From positions 896,001 to 960,000 of the forward strand of contig CBDCVR010000014.1 of assembly GCA_965223155.1 (NCBI GenBank): a stretch of 64,000 nt of DNA, given 5' to 3'. Source of the DNA: Candidatus Multivoradales bacterium. Its GTDB lineage: Bacteria > Acidobacteriota > Thermoanaerobaculia > Multivoradales > JAHEKO01. Below, one piece after another: positions 9,019 to 18,098 of the stretch. The translations under genes were made by a program, and so were the position numbers. Within the stretch, counting starts at the first letter, position 1. Each line of letters starts with the position of its first letter. A model generated the notes under the pieces. The model was not told the DNA's origin and did not search any database. It saw only the letters and a list, made by a program, of their open reading frames with translations.

Positions 9019-9114
9019 TGGCGGAAGCGCATGGGAATCGCTCTAGAGCAGCGTCGCCGTCAGGCGGCGGTGCGACGACCGATGACCATGCGACTCGGCC
9101 ATTCGCATAGCGAA
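9019..9114 (-). repeat. Diverged 96-bp tRNA-tail unit directly downstream of selC
   Basis: 22-nt duplication TGGCGGAAGCGCATGGGAATCG at 9019 and 9115; core gctctagagc...cgacgaccgatga.catgcg is shared with the 93-bp units. Confidence 0.88.
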
Positions 9115-9214
9115 TGGCGGAAGCGCATGGGAATCGAACCCACCCCCGACGTGGCATCCCACGCCGGACTACGGTTTTGAAGACCGCGGGAGGCACCAGC
9201 CCCCGAGCGCTTCC
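9115..9214 (-). tRNA. selC: tRNA-Sec (anticodon UCA)
   Basis: 8-bp acceptor GGAAGCGC/GCGCTTCC, 6-bp D stem with 4-nt loop, anticodon loop CTTCAAA, long variable arm CCGGCGTGG/CCACGTCGG, 5-bp T stem with TTCGATT, G discriminator and encoded CCA. Confidence 0.97.
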
Positions 9215-9221
9215 GCGGGGG

Positions 9222-9227
9222 ATTGTA
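9222..9227 (-). promoter_or_regulatory. -10 element of the selC promoter
   Basis: TACAAT 7 nt upstream of the tRNA 5' end. Confidence 0.55.
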
Positions 9228-9338
9228 CGGCAGGAGGCGCCGGGCCGACTGGCGGCTCGTCGCACCGGTTTCTTGGCTGGAACGAGCGGCGGTCTGTGTC
9301 GCGGCCACCGCTGGCACCCCTCGACGGCTAGTGCTTCG

Positions 9339-10742
9339 CTACTCGCCGCCGAGACCCGGAGTCTCGGCTTCGGCCGGAGCGTCGGCATCGGCCGCCGCGG
9401 TCAGGTCGGGCCGCTGCTTGGGCACGTTGACCTTGAGCCAGGCGATGAGGTCGCGCCAGATGCGAAGCTGCTCGGCCTCGCTCACCATGATGCCCGCGCT
9501 GGGCAGCTCGATAGTGACCACGGGCAGGCCCAGATGGACGCCGGCGTAGCGGCCGAGCGAGCCCGGATAGGTGCCCATCTGTTTCAGGTAGAGGGAGCCG
9601 AGTTTTTCTGGGGGCTCCGGCGGGCCGTCGTAGTCAACGACCTTGCTCGGAGCATGGACGGAGACGATCGCCGACGGGCGGAAGGTCTGGATCTGATCGA
9701 AAAGCCACTGAGACTCGGGCTCGCTCAAGGGGTCGGTACCGGGATACCGGCGCGGATTCCGTGACGTACGCCGGATCCAGTAGTCCGACGCCTCGACGTG
9801 CCAGTTGGGGCTCGGAAAGTTGCGGTTGAGATCGACGCCATGCTCGTTCATGCGCTGCGCCTTGGAGCGCAGCAGGCCGTCGGGATTCAAGAGCGGCACC
9901 ACCCGCCAGTGAAACATCCCCGAGTGGTTGCGCTGGAGGATCGACAGCCATTTGAAGACGATGGAAACCGAGGAGTACTCGTCTCCGTGAATGCCCCCGA
10001 AAAGCAGCACCCGGCCGAGCGACTCGCGAGCGGCAAGGGGCGGGAACTCGGCCATCAGAATGGGGGCGCCGTTGACCGAACGGGCGCCCGTCGTGGCAAG
10101 CCGGCTGTCGACGCAATCACTCCGATCAACGCTCCCCAGCTTGCGACCGATCCGTCCGCACAGGTCGAGACGTGCGGTGTTGACGGCGTCTGGACTCTGA
10201 GCCGATGGATCGACATCCTCGAGAGCCGAGTGGGCACTCTCGGTATCGCCGACGACCGTGTCGGCAGCAGCCGGCGTCTGCAGCGCGGAGTGCGAGGCCA
10301 TCCCGGCCTCAGCCGCCGGTGTAGACGAAACGGCCGGACTCCCGGCGAGATCCTCGCCGGGCGGGCGATCCGAGTCGTGGGCTGGGTCTCCGGACGCGTC
10401 GGATCGAACGATCTGTTGGCTCTCGACGGCTTCGGACTCCGGACCCGGAGGCTCCGGATCTCCCGCCGCAGCAACCGAGGCTTCCTTGCCGCCGGCGCCT
10501 CGGACGTCTGTAGGTGCCAGGTGCCGCGCCAGGTAGGTGACCCCCAAGACCAGCGCGCCGAGGATCAGAAGGGTCGTCAGCGCGCCCCAGGGCGAGTCGT
10601 CTTCGGCCTCCAGCTCGGCCAACTCGATCGATTCGGTCGAATCGGCCTCGGGCGAAGCGGGCGAACCAACCAGATCGGACGCCTGGGGCGACTCCGGAAG
10701 CTCGGCCTCGATCGGCTCCGGGTCTCGTTCGTCGTCGGTCAT
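9339..10742 (-). CDS. mpaA: M14 zinc carboxypeptidase, murein peptide amidase A-like, with N-terminal TM and acidic linker
   Basis: GGIHGDE, LLNPDG, RMNEHGVDLNRNF, SEPE, SVH, YPGSLGRYAG..LPVVTIEL. Confidence 0.85.
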   Translation of the reverse strand: MTDDERDPEPIEAELPESPQASDLVGSPASPEADSTESIELAELEAEDDSPWGALTTLLILGALVLGVTYLARHLAPTDVRGAGGKEASVAAAGDPEPPGPESEAVESQQIVRSDASGDPAHDSDRPPGEDLAGSPAVSSTPAAEAGMASHSALQTPAAADTVVGDTESAHSALEDVDPSAQSPDAVNTARLDLCGRIGRKLGSVDRSDCVDSRLATTGARSVNGAPILMAEFPPLAARESLGRVLLFGGIHGDEYSSVSIVFKWLSILQRNHSGMFHWRVVPLLNPDGLLRSKAQRMNEHGVDLNRNFPSPNWHVEASDYWIRRTSRNPRRYPGTDPLSEPESQWLFDQIQTFRPSAIVSVHAPSKVVDYDGPPEPPEKLGSLYLKQMGTYPGSLGRYAGVHLGLPVVTIELPSAGIMVSEAEQLRIWRDLIAWLKVNVPKQRPDLTAAADADAPAEAETPGLGGE

Positions 10743-10886
10743 GGTTCTTCGCGCTAGCCGTCGCGGCTCGCTGGAGCCGATCGGGTCATCCTGGCTCAGA
10801 CACTCGGCTCTGGCTGTGGAACGTGTTACGGCCCCGGCCGGAAGTGTATCGCTATACTGCCGGCGCTCACCGGTCGGACGAACCGC

Positions 10887-11804
10887 ATGGCGCTATTCAA
10901 CCGAAGATCGTTCCTCAAGGCCTTGCCCGTGGCGGGCTGCGCTTGCGCGCTCGAGGGAACTCGCCGGGTGCGCGTCATCCCGCCGTCCGACCGACCGGCG
11001 CCCGACCGACCGGCGCCCGACCCCGGCCTGGCCGATTCCGGCATCGCTCACATCGATCCTCCCTCGGATGAGGGCTCCGGACACCGAAGCGGCGGCCATC
11101 TGCACAAGATCCAGGATTTCGACCGCACCTACGACGACGACTACCTACTGGCGGCAAGCCGGGTCGAGCTCTTGGAAGCCAGCGCAGCCCGGGTCGAGCG
11201 CGCCCTCCGCTACATCGGGCACGGGCACTTCAATCTCGTTTCCTTCGATGAGCTCCTCAAGTACGCGGCACGCTACAGCGCCATCGGAGCCTTCCCGCGC
11301 CAAGAGATCGAGTTTCTGGATGAGATCTTCCATACCGATGCCGCGAACTACGGTTTCTTTGGGGACAAGGTACTCACCCGCCAAACGGCAGTCATCGCCG
11401 AACGGGACGTCAAGAAGATCGCAGGATCGGGCCACTATTTGCTCCGTGGCGAGCCGCTGGCAAGGTTCGACCAGATCCGGCGCGACCTGGGTGAGCGGGT
11501 CGTCTTGACCTCGGGCGTCCGAGGCATCGCCAAGCAGTACCAGCTCTTCCTTTCGAAGGCGGTCGAGACCGGCGGTAACTTGTCCCAGGCTTCGCGTTCG
11601 CTGGCGCCTCCAGGCTACTCGTACCACGCGATCGGAGACTTCGACATCGGCCGCGTGGACTACGGGCTCAAGAACTTCTCGGCCGAGTTCGCCCTGACGC
11701 CCGAGTACCGCCAGTTGATTCGCCTCGGCTACGTTGAGATCCGCTACACCGAGACCAATCCGTTCGGTGTCCGCCACGAGCCCTGGCACATCAAGATCGC
11801 CTAG
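10887..11804 (+). CDS. M15/VanY-like D,D-carboxypeptidase with Tat signal
   Basis: NRRSFLK Tat motif; TSGVR, APPGYSYHAIGDFD (SxHxxGxxxD-like), HEPWH. Confidence 0.85.
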   Translation: MALFNRRSFLKALPVAGCACALEGTRRVRVIPPSDRPAPDRPAPDPGLADSGIAHIDPPSDEGSGHRSGGHLHKIQDFDRTYDDDYLLAASRVELLEASAARVERALRYIGHGHFNLVSFDELLKYAARYSAIGAFPRQEIEFLDEIFHTDAANYGFFGDKVLTRQTAVIAERDVKKIAGSGHYLLRGEPLARFDQIRRDLGERVVLTSGVRGIAKQYQLFLSKAVETGGNLSQASRSLAPPGYSYHAIGDFDIGRVDYGLKNFSAEFALTPEYRQLIRLGYVEIRYTETNPFGVRHEPWHIKIA

Positions 11805-11893
11805 GCCCGTTTCCACAACCGGCGCGGCAGCCGCCCGCGCCGGACCCCCGGCGATCGGAGGCGGATCGAAGCCGGCTCCGGTACCATGCGCCG

Positions 11894-12643
11894 ATGAACG
11901 GCCGCTTCTTTCGAGCCCGCGTCACGGTCCTTCTTCTGACTCCGGTCCTGCTGGCAAGCGGCTGCTCGAGCACGGCTCTGGACGAGATCCTTGCGGGCGC
12001 CCTAGAGCCCTCGCAGGCTCTCGACCGAGAGACCGTGATCGCCGGACTGCGCGAAGCCCTCGAGGTCAGCGCCGAGCGAACCGTCGAGCGGACCGCCCGT
12101 ATTGACGGCTTCCTGGCCAATGAGCTCATCCGGATCGCGATTCCGGACGAGCTCGACAAGCTGGCTTCGGCACTTCGTCGGCTGGGGCTCGGAGGCAAAG
12201 TGGATGAGCTCGAGATCCAGATGAACCGCGCCGCCGAGGAAGCGGCCGGCGAGGCCCGCGAGATTTTCTGGGACGAGATTCGCAGCCTGACCTTCCCCGA
12301 TGCCGTGGCAATCCTCGAGGGCGGCGGCACCGCCGCCACCGACTTTCTCGAAGAGCGCACCGGCGGCGAGATCCGTAGCCGGTTCGAACCGGTCGTCGTC
12401 GAGACTATGAATGAAGTTGGCCTGGCGCGCCTCTACGCCGATCTGGCCGAGACCTACAACCGGCTGCCGCTAGTGACCACGCCGGCGATCAATCTCGAGG
12501 ACTACGTGACCGAGGAAGCGCTCGAGGGTCTGTTTACGGTCCTCCGAGAGGAAGAGGCACGCATCCGGGAGGATCCCCTGGCGCGGACGACCGATCTGCT
12601 GCGGCGGGTGTTCGGGCGCGAACGCGCCACGCAATCGCGCTAG
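11894..12643 (+). CDS. DUF4197 family lipoprotein
   Basis: LASGC lipobox; AGLREALEV, MNRAAEEAA, YVTEEALEGLF...EEARIREDP..RTTDLLRRVFG. Confidence 0.88.
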   Translation: MNGRFFRARVTVLLLTPVLLASGCSSTALDEILAGALEPSQALDRETVIAGLREALEVSAERTVERTARIDGFLANELIRIAIPDELDKLASALRRLGLGGKVDELEIQMNRAAEEAAGEAREIFWDEIRSLTFPDAVAILEGGGTAATDFLEERTGGEIRSRFEPVVVETMNEVGLARLYADLAETYNRLPLVTTPAINLEDYVTEEALEGLFTVLREEEARIREDPLARTTDLLRRVFGRERATQSR

Positions 12644-14046
12644 CTGAGGTCCGTCTCGCGGCCGAAGCCCGTTCCGATCGCGATCAGCACCATCACGAGG
12701 AGCGCCCAGGAGTGGGCGTTCGCCACCCCCACTTCGAAGGGCGACACGCGGGGCATGCCCTCGGCGCCGGCGCTCAAGCTCGACGCCAGCAAGGTCGGAA
12801 TGCAGTACGGCACCAGAAAGGGATACGTGCAGACTGTGACGTCCAGAAGGTTCGCGCGCCGGTTGGGCGAAAGACCGAAACGCTCCCCGGCGCGCCGGGC
12901 AAACGGACCGACCGCCAGGAGCGCCACGACCGAGTGTGTCGTCAGCAACACGGCAGCCGAAATGGTGGCGAAGGTCCAGAGCTCGGCTCCACGCGCCGTC
13001 CGCGTGCGGCGCTCGGCCCCTTCGATCAACCGGCTCAGGAGCCCCGAGGCCTCGAAGCCCGCGACCAGGGCCATGAGTAGAAGCGTGAAGACCGAGATAC
13101 CGACGCCGCGGCCGATACCCTCGATCACCAATCCCTTGGCCGAATAGGCCTCCCGATCGATCCAGAAGATCTGGCTGGGCTCGATCAGACCCAGGACCGG
13201 CGCCAGAACGGCAGCCGCCACGACGCCGGCAAAGAGCCCTTCGAGAAGGTGCCTGCGCGACAGCAACAAGGCCAGAATCAGTACCGGCGAAGCCAGCATC
13301 ACCAGCGCCACGGGCTCGAACGCCGGTCCGGCAGCCGATCCCGCCGCCGCCTGCCCAACCGGACCACCGCCGGTCCCCCCCAAGAGTCCGTACCCGAGGA
13401 TCGCCACCGCCGCCGCCGGCAGCGCGTACTTCAAACGGCTCCGCACCACCGAACCGATCTCGGCTCCCTGGGTCGATGCCGAGGCGATCGTGGTGTCCGA
13501 GACCGGGGAGATGTTGTCGCCGAAGGTCGCTCCGCCCAGGATCGCGCCCATGAGAACCGCCGGAACGGCGCCCAGCTCCGCTCCCGGCGGATAGAGAAGC
13601 GGCGCGCACAGAATCAGGGTCCCGAGGCTTGTGCCGGTGGCCGTCGAGACCAGGCAGCAAACGAAGAAAGCCGCTACCGCATAGGCGCCACCGGTCAAGC
13701 CGGCCGCGCCGGCAAGACCCGCGAGGGCCTCGACCAAGCCGCTCGCGCGCAGCAGTGTCGCCAGCACCCCGGCCAGGAACCAGGCCAGGAGCATGAGCGC
13801 GACGATCGGCCGGCTCATGCCGGCAAGTACCGTTTCCGAATAAGCGGTCCGGTCCCGAGCCAGAAACAGCCCTAGCGCCAGGGCGGCCAGAAGGATCGGC
13901 CAGAAGCCGCGCTCGTCGGGGGCGCCCGAGAGCCCCAGCCACACGACGCCGGCCAGAAACAGGGCAATCGGCGCTACGGCACCGGTGACGCCTCCGAAAA
14001 ACGTCAGGCGCTTCTGGCCGCCATCGTTGGTCCTGCGATCCTTCAC
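12640..14046 (-). CDS. Na+/H+ antiporter NhaC family protein
   Basis: Multi-TM; STATGTSLGT and GAILGGATFGDNISPVSDTTIASA motifs. Start uncertain. Confidence 0.85.
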   Translation of the reverse strand: MKDRRTNDGGQKRLTFFGGVTGAVAPIALFLAGVVWLGLSGAPDERGFWPILLAALALGLFLARDRTAYSETVLAGMSRPIVALMLLAWFLAGVLATLLRASGLVEALAGLAGAAGLTGGAYAVAAFFVCCLVSTATGTSLGTLILCAPLLYPPGAELGAVPAVLMGAILGGATFGDNISPVSDTTIASASTQGAEIGSVVRSRLKYALPAAAVAILGYGLLGGTGGGPVGQAAAGSAAGPAFEPVALVMLASPVLILALLLSRRHLLEGLFAGVVAAAVLAPVLGLIEPSQIFWIDREAYSAKGLVIEGIGRGVGISVFTLLLMALVAGFEASGLLSRLIEGAERRTRTARGAELWTFATISAAVLLTTHSVVALLAVGPFARRAGERFGLSPNRRANLLDVTVCTYPFLVPYCIPTLLASSLSAGAEGMPRVSPFEVGVANAHSWALLVMVLIAIGTGFGRETDLS

Positions 14047-14245
14047 GACTCGAAAATGGAGGGTACCAGCCGCGCATGCTCGTCCACTGCCCGGCCTCAA
14101 GGCCCCTTGCCCGACGCTCGGAACGAATACACGGGTGACGATCCTGGCACGCCGTTTTCGGCTTGGGAGGGCGTGTTATGCTGTTTGAAACACATCAGAT
14201 GTCGGGTACGGACGCGCGGCGGCGCTGTCCGAACACGGAGGGGCC

Positions 14246-14575
14246 ATGAAACGAATTCTCGGTTTGATTGCGGTTGCGATGTTCCTCGGCGCCTGCTGTC
14301 CCAACGGCTTCAGCAACACGGTCACCAGCGAAGCGGTCTACTACCCGGACGCCGACGCTTGTGAGCAGGCGGTCCGGGACGGCCGTGAGGGCCTCATCCA
14401 GACCGCCGAGAACGGCTGCGAGAACTCCTGCAAGCCTTGCGACGGTACCGTCCAGGATGTCGGCGGCGAGCCCGATTTTTCCGTCCTCTGCGAAGAGGTG
14501 CCGGACTCGCCACAAGGACCCGAGCTGTCCTGGCGAGGCGTGGGCAGCTACACCTACGGCTGCGACTGTGCCTAG
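14246..14575 (+). CDS. Small Cys-rich lipoprotein, hypothetical
   Basis: GGAGGG RBS; MKRILGLIAVAMFLGAC lipobox; many Cys; ends in YGCDCA. Confidence 0.75.
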   Translation: MKRILGLIAVAMFLGACCPNGFSNTVTSEAVYYPDADACEQAVRDGREGLIQTAENGCENSCKPCDGTVQDVGGEPDFSVLCEEVPDSPQGPELSWRGVGSYTYGCDCA

Positions 14576-14585
14576 GAGGGACCCG

Positions 14586-15875
14586 ATGCAGGCACTCAAA
14601 GGACCCGACGTGAAATGGCTCCGGATCCTGACGCGCCTTGCCGCGCTGGGGATCGTCGTCTACATCGGCTCGGTTGGCTGTTCGTTGTTCGTCGTGGCCT
14701 CGGGAGGCGATTCAGACTCCACACCGGCTCCGGCACAAGATGAATACGGCTGCGACTGCCTGTGCCAGGTCTGCGAGGGAACCTGGATCGGCGAGGCCTG
14801 TGTCGACGAGAACGACAGCCCGACCGAGATCGGGACGCGTACGGACACCCTTCGCTTTTGCGCGCCGCCAGACACACCCCAGACCGAGCTCATCACCGAG
14901 TGTGACGCCCTGTGCGTGTCCACGCCCGAGCAACCCGGACACGAGTTCGAGATCTGCGAGCGGGCCAGCGCAGTGACCCAGTTCGACACCGCGACCTGTC
15001 CGCCCGAGACCGAGACCGTGTATTCGGACGGCAGAACCAACGTCGGCGATGCCCTCACCATCACTCTCGACGAGGCCTCGCACGCCAACGTGACCCTCTC
15101 CGGACCGCTGGCCAATTTCGCGACCCCGAACATTCCGATCTCGGGCTCGTTCCGGCTGTTCATCGACGGTTGCGAGGAGCAGGAGGGAGCCTGCTCGGTG
15201 TCGGTGGCCGACGCCGATGTCTCCGCCGGAGACGCCGCTATCGGACCGTTCCAATTGAGCGGTTTGACGCTCATCCTGGCCGATCCCGCGCCGGGCACGA
15301 TGGACGAAGACGGCAACCTGAGCTTCCCGTCGGTGCGCTTGCACGGCGGCGTCGACTATCTCGGCCTGCGCTCGGTCGGCAACCTGGAGATCCTGCCAGA
15401 GCACGTCGTAAGCGCGCGCCTGGATCGGGAGGACCGGGAGTTCCGGGCCGATGGGCAGATGACGGGCAGCTTCAGCGTGCCGCCATTCGGCCAACTCACC
15501 GAGACCGTGCTGGTCAGCCTCAGAGGCTCGGTCGCAAACTTCCCGCCGGTGGCCAGAATCAGTCAGACGGACACTGCGGTGCTGTCGTCGGCCGAGAGCT
15601 CGGACCGGGACGGACTGGGCACGATCGCTCATCGTCGCTGGTTCGATTCGGCCGACGGCGCCTTCCTCGGATCGGGCATGGAGCTCGAGCTCGAGCCGGG
15701 GGAGCACGCGGTCAGCCTGATCGTGACCGACGCCAGCGGCGCCCAGGATCGAGCCGACTTCACGCTCGTGGTGCCTCAGGCCCTGCCCTGGCTGCCGCTT
15801 GTCGTGACCGCTCTGGTTCTACTGCTTCTGGTGTGGTGGCTGCGCCGGCCCAAGACCAAGGCCGCTCCCGCCTAG
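14586..15875 (+). CDS. Cys-rich secreted/surface protein with PKD-like domain and C-terminal TM plus basic tail
   Basis: AGGAGG RBS; YGCDCLC N-terminal region; NFPPVARI..LSSAESSDRDG..W..LEPGEHAVSLIVTDASGAQD (PKD-like); LPWLPLVVTALVLLLLVWWLRRPK. Confidence 0.75.
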   Translation: MQALKGPDVKWLRILTRLAALGIVVYIGSVGCSLFVVASGGDSDSTPAPAQDEYGCDCLCQVCEGTWIGEACVDENDSPTEIGTRTDTLRFCAPPDTPQTELITECDALCVSTPEQPGHEFEICERASAVTQFDTATCPPETETVYSDGRTNVGDALTITLDEASHANVTLSGPLANFATPNIPISGSFRLFIDGCEEQEGACSVSVADADVSAGDAAIGPFQLSGLTLILADPAPGTMDEDGNLSFPSVRLHGGVDYLGLRSVGNLEILPEHVVSARLDREDREFRADGQMTGSFSVPPFGQLTETVLVSLRGSVANFPPVARISQTDTAVLSSAESSDRDGLGTIAHRRWFDSADGAFLGSGMELELEPGEHAVSLIVTDASGAQDRADFTLVVPQALPWLPLVVTALVLLLLVWWLRRPKTKAAPA

Positions 15876-15958
15876 GGCTGTTTCAGGGTAGGCCGCTGCC
15901 GGGGGCCCTTGGTGCCCTCGGCTGGAACCATGCCCACCACTGGCCGCGGCAACGGGCT

Positions 15959-17500
15959 CTAGAGGATCCGCCGGCGGGCTGAACCCAGCCAACCCGAACC
16001 GAGGCCGGCAAGGACCGCGAGAAGGCTCATCCAGGCGAGCCAGTCGCCGAGGCGCGCGTACACCGTGCGACCGTCGAGAAGCGGCAGGTTGCCCGCCAGG
16101 GTGGCTTCGGCGTCCAGCCGAGTCCGGGCCAGGATTCTCCCTGTAGGCCCGACGAAGCCGCTGATCCCGGTATTGGTTGCCCGAGCCATCGCGCGCCGGA
16201 ACTCGATCGTGCGGAGCGAGGCGAGGACGAGATGTTGCTTGGGCTCATGGCCGTTGCCGTACCAGGAGTCGTTGGTCAAGTTGACCAGAAGCTCCGGAAC
16301 CGGTTCGTGTCCGAACGTGCGCCGGGTCACTCCCGGAAAGAGGCTTTCATAACAGATTGTCACCGCCAGCCCGCGTCCATCGAAAACGATCGGGTCGTCC
16401 TCAGCGCCGGCCACCAGCCGGCGGTTGCCGACTTCGCGAGCCAGAGACGGCGCTCGGTCCAGAACCGAGTCCACCACCGGCAGATACTCGCCGAAGGGCA
16501 CTCGCTTTCTCTTGTCGTAGCGCGCCAGCGCAACGCCGTCCGGTCCAGCCAGAATCGCCGAGCCGAAGAGCCGGTTGCCTTCGGGAGCGGCCTCGTCCAC
16601 GAGGGCGCCAAACAGCGTGGGCAAACCCGTGGGGGCGAGGACCCGGCGGCCGGCGGCCGTCTCTCCGGCCGCAAGGGACATGCGAACGACCGTTTCCGGC
16701 CACACCACGAGATCGAGATCCGCGGCCCCAGCCAGCTCGTGAGTCAGCCGGTGATGTCGGCGGGCATAGGCGGCGGGATCCCGGTGGGCCTCCCGGGCCC
16801 CGATACCCGCTTGAACGAGGCCCACCTCGAGTCTCGGAGCCACGGCCGCGCGCCCTTCCATCTGCTGAATGCGCACGAAGCCGTACAGAATCGTCACGGC
16901 CAGAAGCGCGAGCATGCCGGCCACGGGAGCGAGCCTACGAGTCCTAAGGGTCTCGTAGAGAGCCCCGTTTGCCAGAACCACCAAGAAGGAAAGTCCCGCC
17001 TGTCCCGTGACGTCCGCGACCTGGATCAAGGTGCTGAGCCGGTACTGAGCGGCGCCAAGCTGGAAGGGAAAAAGGAACGGAAACACGAACTCGACCGCGA
17101 CCCAGGCGAACGGCAACGACCAAGCCATGGGCAGGTCGGTCCGGATGGCCAGCCGGCGCACGGCCCAGGCAATGGCCCCGCCAAAGAGCCCATGGAAGGC
17201 GGTGATCCCAACGAGAGCGGCCAGGGCCACGGGCCGGGAGGCGCCGCTGAACTGATGGACGGCGTAAGCGATCCAGGGCATCGCCCCGAGCATCGATACC
17301 GAGGCCGCCACCCATCCCAGGGCGAAGGCGCGGCCGGGAGACGCGTCCCGGACCATCCAGAGAAACGGCACCAGGAAGAACCAATGCAGGTACCCCTGAT
17401 CGAAGCCGACGTAGCCGAGAAAAGCCAGGACGCCGACCGCCACGGCGATCGGCCAGTGCCACTTGGCGGGTGGAGGCTCCGGGAAAGGACGGTGCGACAT
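15959..17500 (-). CDS. lnt: Apolipoprotein N-acyltransferase
   Basis: VVWPET, YDKRKRVPFGEY, ICYES, NLTNDSWYG, RATNTGIS. Confidence 0.95.
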   Translation of the reverse strand: MSHRPFPEPPPAKWHWPIAVAVGVLAFLGYVGFDQGYLHWFFLVPFLWMVRDASPGRAFALGWVAASVSMLGAMPWIAYAVHQFSGASRPVALAALVGITAFHGLFGGAIAWAVRRLAIRTDLPMAWSLPFAWVAVEFVFPFLFPFQLGAAQYRLSTLIQVADVTGQAGLSFLVVLANGALYETLRTRRLAPVAGMLALLAVTILYGFVRIQQMEGRAAVAPRLEVGLVQAGIGAREAHRDPAAYARRHHRLTHELAGAADLDLVVWPETVVRMSLAAGETAAGRRVLAPTGLPTLFGALVDEAAPEGNRLFGSAILAGPDGVALARYDKRKRVPFGEYLPVVDSVLDRAPSLAREVGNRRLVAGAEDDPIVFDGRGLAVTICYESLFPGVTRRTFGHEPVPELLVNLTNDSWYGNGHEPKQHLVLASLRTIEFRRAMARATNTGISGFVGPTGRILARTRLDAEATLAGNLPLLDGRTVYARLGDWLAWMSLLAVLAGLGSGWLGSARRRIL

Positions 17501-17750
17501 GACGGATTCGAGTTGTGACGGCGAAGCCTATCGCGCGCTCGGCGGCCGGCGCGGCGCGCGAGCGGGCATCGCGCCGGGCCAAACTACCCGGACGTTCTGG
17601 GCTTGAGGGTCAGATCGACTCCAAGCTGAGGTGCCCAGTGCTTGAGAGATCGACGAGTGCAAAGCACGGTGGACTCGGCCGTTTCGGGCCTCACGATCGA
17701 AGTCCGGAGAGGCGGGCAGGCTAGACTCGCGATTCCGAAGGAGACCGACT

Positions 17751-18098
17751 ATGAGCCACGACGACGCGTTCACCCTCTACGACCTTCGGATCGAGGTCGT
17801 CGCCTCGGACAAGCCGATGGTCTGCAATCACAAAGAGGGCGACTTCTTCGAGCTCTCCGGTGAGAACCTGTCGCTGCCGGCCGGCCAGACCTTCCCGATC
17901 TATCCGCTAGCGGCGCTCTTGCCGCTCCTGCCCGCCAAGCAGCGCGAGACCGCCGCCACCGATTGGATGACCACCGACACCGACATCGCCTGTCCCGATC
18001 CCAACTGCGGCGGCGTCTTTCGCATCACCCGCACCGGCCGGCGCACCTTCCGGCACGGCGAGGTGACCTTGACGCCCCTCAAGCCCGGCGCCGAGTGA
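17751..18098 (+). CDS. TIGR04076 family protein
   Basis: LYDLRIEVV..VCNHKEGDFFELSGE..LAALLPLLPAKQR..DWM..IACPDPNCGG.FRITR. Confidence 0.8.
   Translation: MSHDDAFTLYDLRIEVVASDKPMVCNHKEGDFFELSGENLSLPAGQTFPIYPLAALLPLLPAKQRETAATDWMTTDTDIACPDPNCGGVFRITRTGRRTFRHGEVTLTPLKPGAE

Noticed and set aside
10987-11022. 15-bp tandem repeat in the M15 peptidase (and 12-bp repeats at ~19870-19920 in DUF885)
   Set aside because: In-frame low-complexity linker expansions.
14144-14160. Sigma54 promoter TGGCACGCCGTTTTC upstream of the Cys-rich pair
   Set aside because: The -12 element lacks the conserved G; a TGnTATGCT extended -10 nearby is an equally good explanation.
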